Source of the DNA: Clostridia bacterium
GTDB lineage: Bacteria; Bacillota; Clostridia; Oscillospirales; CAG-382
DNA: 64,000 bases
Direction: 5' to 3'
Assembly: GCA_017560085.1 (NCBI GenBank)
Contig: JAFYPA010000075.1
Coordinates: 86 to 64,085 of the forward strand
The notes under the pieces were generated by a model. The model was not told where the DNA came from. It did not search any database and saw nothing but the letters and a program-made list of their open reading frames with translations. Each line of letters opens with the position of its first letter. Positions within the stretch are counted from its first letter, which is position 1. Positions 11,124 to 19,092 of this stretch are shown here, in pieces. Made by a program: the position numbers and the translations under genes.

Positions 11124-11819
11124 ATGATAAGAAAGATAATCAAGATTGATAAAGAAAAATGTAACGGATGCGGTGCCTGTGCGGATGCTTGTCACGAGGG
11201 AGCAATCGAGATGATAAACGGCAAGGCAGAGCTCACAAGAGAGGACTACTGCGACGGCCTCGGAGATTGCCTGCCTGCTTGTCCCACGGGGGCAATAACC
11301 TTTGAAAGCAGAGAGGCTCCCGAATATGACGAGGAGGCTGTAAAAAGGGCAAAGGCGCAAAGGTCACCCAAGCTTCCCTGCGGATGTCCCGGTACTCTTT
11401 CAAAGTCAATAAAAAGAGAAGCACCGACCTTTACAAGGACCTCGACGGCAAACACAAGCAGACTCGCTCAGTGGCCGTGCCAGATAAAGCTTGTCCCGAC
11501 AAACGCGCCCTATTTTGACGGAGCGAATCTCCTTGTGGCGGCAGACTGTACGGCGTTTGCATACGGCAATTTCCACGATGAATTCATAAGAAACCACATA
11601 ACGCTCATCGGCTGTCCGAAGCTTGACGAGGGCGACTATGCGGAAAAGCTTACGGCAATAATCGCAAACAACAACATAAAGAGCATAAAGGTGGTTCGGA
11701 TGGAGGTGCCCTGCTGCGGAGGAATAGAAAATGCGGTCAAGCGGGCGCTTATGGCAAGCGGAAAGCTTGTTCCGTGGCAGGTTGTGACAATTTCCACCGA
11801 CGGAAGAATAGTTGAATAA
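11124..11819 (+). CDS. 4Fe-4S dicluster domain protein with a Cys-rich C-terminal domain
   Basis: CNGCGACADACHEGA and CDGLGDCLPACPTGA ferredoxin motifs, then CGCPG, GCPKLD and VPCCGG. I place the start at MIRK (11124). The track ORF begins earlier, inside the repeat. Confidence 0.75.
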   Translation: MIRKIIKIDKEKCNGCGACADACHEGAIEMINGKAELTREDYCDGLGDCLPACPTGAITFESREAPEYDEEAVKRAKAQRSPKLPCGCPGTLSKSIKREAPTFTRTSTANTSRLAQWPCQIKLVPTNAPYFDGANLLVAADCTAFAYGNFHDEFIRNHITLIGCPKLDEGDYAEKLTAIIANNNIKSIKVVRMEVPCCGGIENAVKRALMASGKLVPWQVVTISTDGRIVE

Positions 11820-11842
11820 TCCGTGCAAAATGAAGTTTAACA

Positions 11843-11904
11843 ATTTATGGCGGAAATCCGACGGATAAAATGATATAATACATAAAAAATAAAAATGCAA
11901 AGGA
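11843..11904 (+). repeat. 62-bp direct repeat, copy 1
   Basis: ATTTATGGCgGAAATCCGACGGATAAAATGATATAATACATAAAAAATAAAAATGCAAAGGA. Identical at 61 of 62 positions to 12918-12979. Confidence 0.95.
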
Positions 11905-11971
11905 TAATAGCCATATTAGCAGCAGGTCCCACCAGTGGATTTAGCTTGGCATTTGCTTTCTAAGAGGTTAT

Positions 11972-12874
11972 ATGAATAATAAGAACTGTGAGGTTTTCTT
12001 TTCAATTGCTACTAAAGTGGATTTAAAAGAAAACTACCATATTACCATTAAAATAATCAATATAGTGCTTGATTATTTTAAAAAAGTAACTGATCAAGAA
12101 TTTATGATGTGCTATGTAGACAGCAAATCGTTCAGAAAAAACAATGTTACAGAGAAGAACTATGAAAAACTTATTGAACGACTTAAAAACAAAGAAGTTT
12201 TTTCGTTTATTGCTATCACCAAGAGACTAACTAACGAAGAGTATTTTGGAATTGGAAATATTCCTGAATTCGAACCCGAATTTGGGTGTATATTAAATAT
12301 TGGAGAACCTAATTCGCTAAGAGAACTTGGTGACACTTGCGATTCAATTAAGATGTGTTTTCCTACGTCATTTTTAAGTGATATTAAAAATCAAAATGAT
12401 ATCATTGAATTGATGGAAGAATTACAAAGAATAATGGAGGGACTATGTTCTTTTATTACAATAGGCACTTTCAGAGATGATTATTCGATGGATTGTGGTC
12501 TTTTTGATTCGCATTATTATCCTACTTCAACTCTATTCTCTATGCATTGGAATGAATATGTAAGAGGATATTTTTGGGGACAATGTTTAACACCATACCA
12601 AGTCGAAAAACTTGGAGGAATAGAAATAATTCAAAATCAAGAATTCTATTTGTGTGAAAAATGGGACGATTGTGTTTATATCCAAAGCACTGAAAATATA
12701 CTTGATTATACATTGGAAGATGCGCTGAAGATGAGAACATTTCTTAAACCTTTGTTTCCACCTGAAAGTGAAAAAGAATTACAGAGTTATCCCAACAAAG
12801 AAGATTTTAAGAAACTTAGTCAGAACAAAGTATATTTTTTCGCAGACGAAGATTTGGTTTTAGAGGAAGAATAG
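11972..12874 (+). CDS. hypothetical protein (300 aa) in a visibly AT-rich insert
   Basis: Long ORF with a GAGG RBS. I recognised no motif. Composition is markedly more AT-rich than the flanking genes. Confidence 0.6.
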   Translation: MNNKNCEVFFSIATKVDLKENYHITIKIINIVLDYFKKVTDQEFMMCYVDSKSFRKNNVTEKNYEKLIERLKNKEVFSFIAITKRLTNEEYFGIGNIPEFEPEFGCILNIGEPNSLRELGDTCDSIKMCFPTSFLSDIKNQNDIIELMEELQRIMEGLCSFITIGTFRDDYSMDCGLFDSHYYPTSTLFSMHWNEYVRGYFWGQCLTPYQVEKLGGIEIIQNQEFYLCEKWDDCVYIQSTENILDYTLEDALKMRTFLKPLFPPESEKELQSYPNKEDFKKLSQNKVYFFADEDLVLEEE

Positions 12875-12917
12875 TGGTGTTTTCATTCAGTGTACAGAAA
12901 AGATACTTGGCTACACC

Positions 12918-12979
12918 ATTTATGGCAGAAATCCGACGGATAAAATGATATAATACATAAAAAATAAAAATGCAAAGGA
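12918..12979 (+). repeat. 62-bp direct repeat, copy 2 (contains the ferritin -10-like TATAAT and RBS)
   Basis: See copy 1. It ends in AAAGGAG, 10 nt before the ferritin ATG. Confidence 0.95.
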
Positions 12980-12989
12980 GAAAAGTACT

Positions 12990-13502
12990 ATGATGAACAA
13001 AAAAGTACACGAGCTTTTAAATCAGCAGATCAACAAGGAATTTTATTCGGCATATCTCTACCTTGATTTTTCAAACTACTTCAAGGCAAAGGGACTTGAC
13101 GGCTTCGCAAACTGGTATATGGTTCAGGCACAGGAGGAAAGAGACCACGCAATGCTGTTCTACACCTACCTGCAGAACGAAAATATGCCCGTAACCCTTG
13201 AGGCAATCGGCAAGCCCGACAAGGTATTCACAAGCGATATGGACGTATTCAAGGCGGGACTTGAGCACGAGGAATATGTAACCTCTCTCATCAACGACAT
13301 CTACGCTGCGGCATACGATGTAAAGGACTTCAGAGCAATGCAGTTCCTTGACTGGTTCGTAAAGGAGCAGGGCGAGGAGGAGACCAACGCCAACGACCTT
13401 ATCACAAAGTACGAGCTTTTCGGCTCAGACCCGAGAGGACTTTACCTTCTCAACCAGGAGCTTGCGGCGAGAGTGTACACAGCACCTTCGCTTGTGCTCT
13501 GA
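12990..13502 (+). CDS. ftnA: non-haem ferritin
   Basis: 170 aa: LNQQINKEFYSAYLYLDFSNYF..., QAQEERDHAMLFY, FLDWFVKEQGEEE. Confidence 0.9.
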   Translation: MMNKKVHELLNQQINKEFYSAYLYLDFSNYFKAKGLDGFANWYMVQAQEERDHAMLFYTYLQNENMPVTLEAIGKPDKVFTSDMDVFKAGLEHEEYVTSLINDIYAAAYDVKDFRAMQFLDWFVKEQGEEETNANDLITKYELFGSDPRGLYLLNQELAARVYTAPSLVL

Positions 13503-13581
13503 TAAATTAACGCATAAAAAAGCCAAAACGGCAATATAATAAAAATAATTTAAATCTCGACAATTCAAGGAGGAAACAAAA

Positions 13582-13743
13582 ATGAAAAAATATGTATGTG
13601 ATGTATGCGGATGGGAATACGATGAAGCACTGGGCGATCCCGAGAACGGAATAGCTCCCGGCACAAAGTTCGAGGACTTGCCCGAGGACTTCGAGTGTCC
13701 GCTCTGCGGAGTAGGCAAGGACGAATTCAGCGAGGAAGAATAA
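13582..13743 (+). CDS. rd: rubredoxin (53 aa; below the ORF-track length cutoff)
   Basis: Hand translation gives [53 protein letters not shown], with CxxCG...CPxCG motifs. AAGGAGG RBS upstream. Confidence 0.9.
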   Translation: MKKYVCDVCGWEYDEALGDPENGIAPGTKFEDLPEDFECPLCGVGKDEFSEEE

Positions 13744-13791
13744 GCCTCTGAATTCGCAGAACTTAATTCACAATAATTTTCAAACAAATTT

Positions 13792-13824
13792 CGGAGAGGG
13801 TCAACACCACTCTCCGATTTTGTT
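13792..13824 (+). terminator. intrinsic terminator after rubredoxin
   Basis: Stem CGGAGAG / CTCTCCG, followed by ATTTTGTT. Confidence 0.55.
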
Positions 13825-13919
13825 ATTTATATGTCAGTTTTAACACTAATCCCAATAATAATTTTCATATTTAGTCGAAATATCACAAAAAAATTTTCAT
13901 TTCCGTACAATAAACACCT

Positions 13920-13948
13920 TGACTTAATCAAAAAAATCTGTCATAATA
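13920..13948 (+). promoter_or_regulatory. sigmaA-type promoter for the etfB-etfA-lctD operon
   Basis: TTGACT, a 17-nt spacer, then CATAAT, about 110 nt upstream of etfB. Confidence 0.5.
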
Positions 13949-14003
13949 TAAAAGTATAAATTTGTCCACCAAAATACGGCAATTTAAAAAATCCAAAATG
14001 ATT

Positions 14004-14038
14004 GTGCATTGTGCATTGCGCATTGTGCATTGTGCATT
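14004..14038. repeat. heptamer array GTGCATT x5 (one unit GCGCATT) in the etfB leader
   Basis: Read directly. Lies between the putative promoter and the etfB RBS. Confidence 0.95.
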
Positions 14039-14056
14039 CTCAAAAAAGGAGTTACC

Positions 14057-14845
14057 ATGAATATTTTAGTCTGCATAAAGCAAGTCCCCGGCTCCTCCAA
14101 TGTCGAGGTCGATCCCGTAACAGGCGTCCTCAAGAGAGACGGCGTCAAGAGCAAGCTTAACCCCTACGACCTCTACGGTCTTGAAACAGCAATCGAGCTT
14201 TGCGAAAGATTCGGCGGTGAGGTTGAGACCATCACTATGGGTCCGCCTCAGGCAAAGAGCATTATTGTTGAGTCCATCTGTATGGGCGCAAAGAGAGGCA
14301 CGGTGCTTTCCGACAGAAAGTTTGCCGGTGCCGATGTTCTTGCCACCGCTTACACCATTTCGCAGGGTATTAAGAAAACAGGCGAATTCGACCTCATAAT
14401 CTGCGGCAAGCAGACCACCGACGGCGATACCGCTCAGGTTGGTGCTGAGGTTGCGGAATATCTCGGTATTCCCAACGTTTCCAATGTGCTTTCCGTTGAC
14501 GATGTGAAGGACGGCAAGGTATTCGTTACGGCATCACTTGATGAAAAGATAGTAAAAATGGAGATTGCTCTCCCTTGTCTTATTTCCGTGGACGGCGACA
14601 TCAACTCTCCCAGACTTCCCTCATACAAGGTGAAGCAGACAGTTACCGACGATATGGTGAAGTTCATTTCCTTTGCGGATTTCGAGGACCGGAATGAAAA
14701 GCACTACGGTCTTTCAGGCTCCGCAACTCAGGTTGAAAGAATCTTCCCGCCGGAAAAGAACAGCGAAAAGAGCAGTATCGAAGGCGATGCGGAAGCACAG
14801 GCAGAGGGTCTTTTTGCTCTCATAAAGAATCGTAAGGTTATATAA
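14057..14845 (+). CDS. etfB: electron transfer flavoprotein beta subunit (LctB-like)
   Basis: MNILVCIKQVPG...NPYDLYGLE...CGKQTTDGDTAQVG. AAGGAG RBS. The track ORF start at 14009 lies inside the repeat array. Confidence 0.92.
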   Translation: MNILVCIKQVPGSSNVEVDPVTGVLKRDGVKSKLNPYDLYGLETAIELCERFGGEVETITMGPPQAKSIIVESICMGAKRGTVLSDRKFAGADVLATAYTISQGIKKTGEFDLIICGKQTTDGDTAQVGAEVAEYLGIPNVSNVLSVDDVKDGKVFVTASLDEKIVKMEIALPCLISVDGDINSPRLPSYKVKQTVTDDMVKFISFADFEDRNEKHYGLSGSATQVERIFPPEKNSEKSSIEGDAEAQAEGLFALIKNRKVI

Positions 14846-14857
14846 GGAGGGCGAAAA

Positions 14858-16057
14858 ATGGGTAATCTTAAAATAAATCACAATATGATAAACGCCGAAA
14901 AGGCTGCCGAGCTTACAAAGCTTTGTCCCTTCGGTGCTATTTCCTACGAAAATGGCAAGCTTGATATTTCCTCCGCCTGCAAGATGTGTAAGATGTGCGT
15001 TAAAAAGGGCGGCGGTGCAATCGATTATGTCGAGGAGGAAGAGGTAAGCGTTGATAAGTCGCTCTGGCGCGGTGTCTGCGTTTACGTTGACCACTACGGA
15101 GACAAGATTCACCGTGTTACATACGAGCTTATCGGTAAGGCAAGAGAGCTTGCAAGTGTTACGGGACATCCCGTTTATGCTCTCGTTATCGGAAGCGACC
15201 TCGGTGACGGCATAAACAAGCTTCTTCACTACGGCGTTGACAAGGTTTTTGTATATGACAGCGCAGAGCTTTCCGACTTCAGAATCGAGCCCTACACGGC
15301 GGCATTCCACGACTTTATTGAAAAGGTAAAGCCTTCAAGCATTCTTGTGGGTGCAACAAATCTCGGTCGTCAGCTCGCTCCCAGAATTGCGGCAAGATGC
15401 CGTGCGGGACTTACAGCCGACTGTACCGTTCTTGAAATGAAGGAAAACACAGACCTCGTTCAGATAAGACCTGCCTTCGGCGGTAATATTATGGCGCAGA
15501 TTATCTCCACCAACACAAGACCTCAGTTCTGTACGGTGAGATACAAGGTATTCACAGAGCCGAAGCCCAATGCCGAGGCAAGCGGTGAAATTGTAAAGAT
15601 GGAGATTTCCGACGACAAGCTCACCTCCGCAATCAAGGTGCTTTCAGGCGTTGACAAGCCCAAGGACATTGACATTTCCGAATCTGATGTTATCGTTGCC
15701 GTGGGCAGAGGTGCACAGAGCGAGACTATGCGTGCAATGGCAGCCGAGCTTGCAGAGCTTCTCGGCGGTGTTGTTGCCTGCTCAAGACCTCTTGTTGAGG
15801 GCAATATTTACGATGCAAAGCATCAGATAGGTCTTTCGGGAAGAACGGTTAAGCCCAAGTTCATTATTACACTCGGAATTTCCGGTGCCGTTCAGTTTGC
15901 GGCGGGTATGAAGTCCTCCGACTGTATCGTTGCGGTTAATACCGACAAGAACGCTCCCATTTTCGATGTTGCACATTACGCAATCGTGGGAGACGTAAAC
16001 GAAATAGTTCCGAAGCTTATCGAAAAAATCAAGGAGGCACAGGCAGATGTACAGTAA
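14858..16057 (+). CDS. etfA: electron transfer flavoprotein alpha subunit with N-terminal ferredoxin-like domain (LctC-like)
   Basis: 399 aa with an N-terminal CPFGAIS...CKMCKMC domain, then the EtfA core ([31 protein letters not shown]). Confidence 0.92.
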   Translation: MGNLKINHNMINAEKAAELTKLCPFGAISYENGKLDISSACKMCKMCVKKGGGAIDYVEEEEVSVDKSLWRGVCVYVDHYGDKIHRVTYELIGKARELASVTGHPVYALVIGSDLGDGINKLLHYGVDKVFVYDSAELSDFRIEPYTAAFHDFIEKVKPSSILVGATNLGRQLAPRIAARCRAGLTADCTVLEMKENTDLVQIRPAFGGNIMAQIISTNTRPQFCTVRYKVFTEPKPNAEASGEIVKMEISDDKLTSAIKVLSGVDKPKDIDISESDVIVAVGRGAQSETMRAMAAELAELLGGVVACSRPLVEGNIYDAKHQIGLSGRTVKPKFIITLGISGAVQFAAGMKSSDCIVAVNTDKNAPIFDVAHYAIVGDVNEIVPKLIEKIKEAQADVQ

Positions 16058-17441
16058 GGTCACAAGCGAAGACATAAAGAAGCTTTGCGGTATACTCGGC
16101 GAGGATAACGTAATATACGGCGAAGCAATAAACCCCGACTATGCTCACGACGAGCTTGGCGGTATAGAAAAAATGCCCGAGGTACTCGTAAAAGTTCACT
16201 CCACGGAGGAAGTTTCCGCCGTTATGAAGCTTGCTTACGAGAGAACCATCCCCGTAACCGTAAGAGGAAGCGGAACGGGTCTTGTCGGTGCCGCAGTACC
16301 GATTGAGGGCGGTATTCTTCTTGAAACAACAGCAATGAACAAGATTATCGAGCTTGACAAGGATACTCTTACGGTAACCGTTCAGCCCGGTGTTCTCCTT
16401 ATGGAGCTTGCGGCATTTGCCGAGGAAAATGACTTCCTTTATCCCCCGGACCCCGGTGAAAAGTCCGCTACAATCGGCGGTAACATTTCCACAAATGCGG
16501 GCGGTATGAGAGCTGTTAAGTACGGCGTTACAAGAGACTATGTCCGTGCGCTTACGGTTGTACTTCCCAATGGTGAAATCCAGAAGCTTGGTGCAAAGGT
16601 TGCAAAGAACAGCTCGGGCTACAGCCTTAAGGACCTTGTTGTAGGCTCCGAGGGTACGCTTTGCGTTATTACCGAGGCGGTGCTGAAGCTTGTTCCGCTG
16701 CCTAAGGTTTCCACAAGCCTTCTTGTTCCCTTCCCGGATATGAAGAGCGCAATTGAGGCAGTACCGAAGATTTTCCGTTCCAAGATTACTCCTACGGCGA
16801 TAGAATATATGTCAAGAGACACGATTCTCTTCTCGGAAAACTATCTCGGAAAGCGTTTCCCCGACACCAAGAACGATGCCTACATCCTTCTTACCTTCGA
16901 CGGCAACACCGAGGAGCAGGTTGACGGCAACGTAAAGGAAATCGCAGACCTTTGTCTTGAAATCGGCGCACTTGACGTTTACATAGTTGACACGGACGAG
17001 CGCAAAAAGTCGGTATGGTCGGCAAGAGGTGCGTTCCTTGAGGCAATCAAGGCATCCACCACCGAAATGGATGAATGCGACGTAGTAGTACCCGTAAATA
17101 AGGTAGACCAGTTCATCAAGTTCACTCACGCACTTGCAGACGAAATGAAGGTTAGAATCCCCTCCTTCGGTCACGCTGGCGACGGCAACCTCCATGTTTA
17201 CATCTGCCGTGACAATCTTGACGACAAGTCGTGGGAAGATGTACTCAAGGTATGCTTTGACAGAATGTACTCAAAGGCAGAGGAGCTTGGCGGACTTGTT
17301 TCGGGCGAGCACGGTATCGGCTTTGTAAAGAAGGGCTACCTCAAGAAGCAGTACGGTGATACTCCGATTGAGATTATGCAGGGTATCAAGAGAGTATTCG
17401 ATGAGAAGAATATTCTCAACCCGGGTAAGATTTGCTATTGA
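16047..17441 (+). CDS. FAD-binding GlcD-family dehydrogenase, probable Etf-coupled lactate dehydrogenase (LctD-like)
   Basis: 464 aa with a PCMH-type FAD domain ([33 protein letters not shown]) and a SGEHGIG C-terminal motif. Overlaps etfA by 11 nt. Confidence 0.85.
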   Translation: MYSKVTSEDIKKLCGILGEDNVIYGEAINPDYAHDELGGIEKMPEVLVKVHSTEEVSAVMKLAYERTIPVTVRGSGTGLVGAAVPIEGGILLETTAMNKIIELDKDTLTVTVQPGVLLMELAAFAEENDFLYPPDPGEKSATIGGNISTNAGGMRAVKYGVTRDYVRALTVVLPNGEIQKLGAKVAKNSSGYSLKDLVVGSEGTLCVITEAVLKLVPLPKVSTSLLVPFPDMKSAIEAVPKIFRSKITPTAIEYMSRDTILFSENYLGKRFPDTKNDAYILLTFDGNTEEQVDGNVKEIADLCLEIGALDVYIVDTDERKKSVWSARGAFLEAIKASTTEMDECDVVVPVNKVDQFIKFTHALADEMKVRIPSFGHAGDGNLHVYICRDNLDDKSWEDVLKVCFDRMYSKAEELGGLVSGEHGIGFVKKGYLKKQYGDTPIEIMQGIKRVFDEKNILNPGKICY

Positions 17442-17735
17442 TCAGCGGTTTAAATTGAATATTTGATGAGAATTTCCGCATTCGGGCACGGCTCGGATGC
17501 GGAAGCTTTTTTAGGATTTGGATGAGAATGCGGAAGCATCCGAGCCCGCCTTTTCGAGGAGGGACAGCTCTAAGCTTGCGAAGCAATCAAGCTTCCCTGA
17601 CCCCTATAAATTCCAATTTATCACCGTACCGATTTCAATAAACAATAATTGTGCATCGTGCATTTTTTCTCCCCTCCCTGCATATCCATATAACAAAAAA
17701 ATCCCCCTCGAAAAAGGGAAAAACGGAGGAAAATT

Positions 17736-18977
17736 ATGACGAATTCAAGCATTTACAGTGACATTAAGGCAAGGACGGGCGGAGATATTTACCTCGGCGT
17801 AGTGGGACCCGTAAGGACAGGAAAGTCGACCTTTATCAAGAAGTTTATGGAAACGGTTGTGCTTCCCAATATCACAAACAGCGACGAGCGTACACGGGCA
17901 AGGGACGAAATGCCTCAGAGTGCGGGCGGTAAAACCGTTATGACCACCGAGCCGAAATTTGTTCCCGATACGGCGGTGGAGATTGTTCTTGACGGCAATG
18001 CGGCACTTCGTGTCAAGATGATTGACTGCGTGGGCTATATTATCCCCGGGAGCCTCGGACATACCGAGGAGGAAAGACCGAGAATGGTTATGACACCGTG
18101 GTCGGATGAGGAAATGCCCTTTGACAAGGCGGCGGAAATCGGTACGGCTAAGGTCATAAACGACCATTCCACAATAGGAATTCTTGTCACGACGGACGGC
18201 ACAATAGGTGAACTCCCCCGTGAGAATTACATTGAAGCGGAGGAGCGTGTGGTACGGGAGCTTCGTGAGATAAACAAGCCCTTTGCGATAATTCTCAACA
18301 GCGCGAATCCCGATTCGGACTCTGCCGTAGACCTTGCGATTTCAATGGAGGAAAAATACAAGGCTCCCGTTGCACTTGTCAACTGCACGGACCTTACGGA
18401 GGAGGACATAAAGAAAATACTCGAGCTTGTTCTTCTTGAGTTTCCCATAACCGAGCTCGGCATTACAATTCCGTCCTGGATAGATACACTTCCTATAGAC
18501 CACAGAATAAAGAAAAACCTTTACGACACAGTAAACAGAACCGCCCTTGAAATAACCAAGGTAGGGCAGGCAAGAGAAGCCTTCGGCAATATTTCCGACG
18601 GAGATTTTGAAATAAGCATCCGTCCCGATGCAATAGACCTTTCCGGCGGAAGAGTCCACCTTTGCGCCGATGTCCCCGACGAGCTGTTTTACAGAATCCT
18701 CGGCGAGGAAACGGGATTTGAAATAGACGGTGAGGAGGCTCTTATGGTAAAGCTCCGCGAGCTTTCGGAGGTGAAAAAGGAGTACGACAAGCTGGAAAAG
18801 GCCATCACGGAGGTACGCGAAAACGGCTACGGAATTGTCGCTCCGTCCCTTGAGGATATGACGCTTGAGCAGCCTGAAATTGTCAAGCAGGGCGGAAGCT
18901 ACGGAGTAAGGCTTAAGGCTTCGGCACCGTCTATACATATGAGCTGTAGCAAACAGAAGTGTTCGTTTGTGGCGTAA
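17736..18977 (+). CDS. spoIVA: spoIVA 5' segment: codons 1-402 are authentic, followed by 11 element-encoded codons and a stop
   Basis: IYSDIKARTGGDIYLGVVGPVRTGKSTFIKKFME (Walker A) and the rest of the protein read as SpoIVA up to ...SAPSIHM. It then continues SCSKQKCSFVA*. Confidence 0.93.
   Translation: MTNSSIYSDIKARTGGDIYLGVVGPVRTGKSTFIKKFMETVVLPNITNSDERTRARDEMPQSAGGKTVMTTEPKFVPDTAVEIVLDGNAALRVKMIDCVGYIIPGSLGHTEEERPRMVMTPWSDEEMPFDKAAEIGTAKVINDHSTIGILVTTDGTIGELPRENYIEAEERVVRELREINKPFAIILNSANPDSDSAVDLAISMEEKYKAPVALVNCTDLTEEDIKKILELVLLEFPITELGITIPSWIDTLPIDHRIKKNLYDTVNRTALEITKVGQAREAFGNISDGDFEISIRPDAIDLSGGRVHLCADVPDELFYRILGEETGFEIDGEEALMVKLRELSEVKKEYDKLEKAITEVRENGYGIVAPSLEDMTLEQPEIVKQGGSYGVRLKASAPSIHMSCSKQKCSFVA
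18933..18942 (+). other. attL core ATACATATGA
   Basis: The same 10-mer occurs at 60342-60351. It is flanked on the inside by GCTGTAGCAAACAGAAGTG. Confidence 0.85.
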
Positions 18978-18993
18978 AATGGGCAAAGCTAAA

Positions 18994-19026
18994 GCACAGA
19001 GGTTTTTGGTCTCTGTGCCTTATTTT
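18994..19026 (+). terminator. intrinsic terminator just inside the element's left end
   Basis: Stem GCACAGAG / CTCTGTGC with a 9-nt loop, then CTTATTTTTGTT. It would terminate the truncated spoIVA transcript. Confidence 0.6.
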
Positions 19027-19092
19027 TGTTCTTGAGGTGTCAAATTGCATTTGGCAGGCATTACATTTCAATCCGTTTTTTCGCGTGTAAGC

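Noticed and set aside
14009-14056. N-terminal extensions suggested by the ORF track (also 21371-21454, 43650-43829, 46159-46245, 8654-8713, 11082-11123)
   Set aside because: The extensions run through repeat arrays, promoters or the preceding gene, and they lack an RBS. In each case an internal ATG with a Shine-Dalgarno sequence gives the conserved N-terminus: MNILVCIKQ, a signal peptide, MIDYG, MLTYTYK, MKQKS and MIRK.
17518-17739. 73-aa ORF in the lctD-spoIVA spacer
   Set aside because: It overlaps hairpin repeats and the spoIVA RBS, has no RBS of its own, and its sequence is low-complexity.
17736-18977. The spoIVA truncation as a simple frameshift or nonsense pseudogene
   Set aside because: The missing C-terminus is intact, in phase and on the same strand 41.4 kb away. 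The breakpoints carry identical 10-bp cores with inverted-repeat arms. That points to insertion by site-specific recombination rather than point mutation. Misassembly cannot be excluded without reads.
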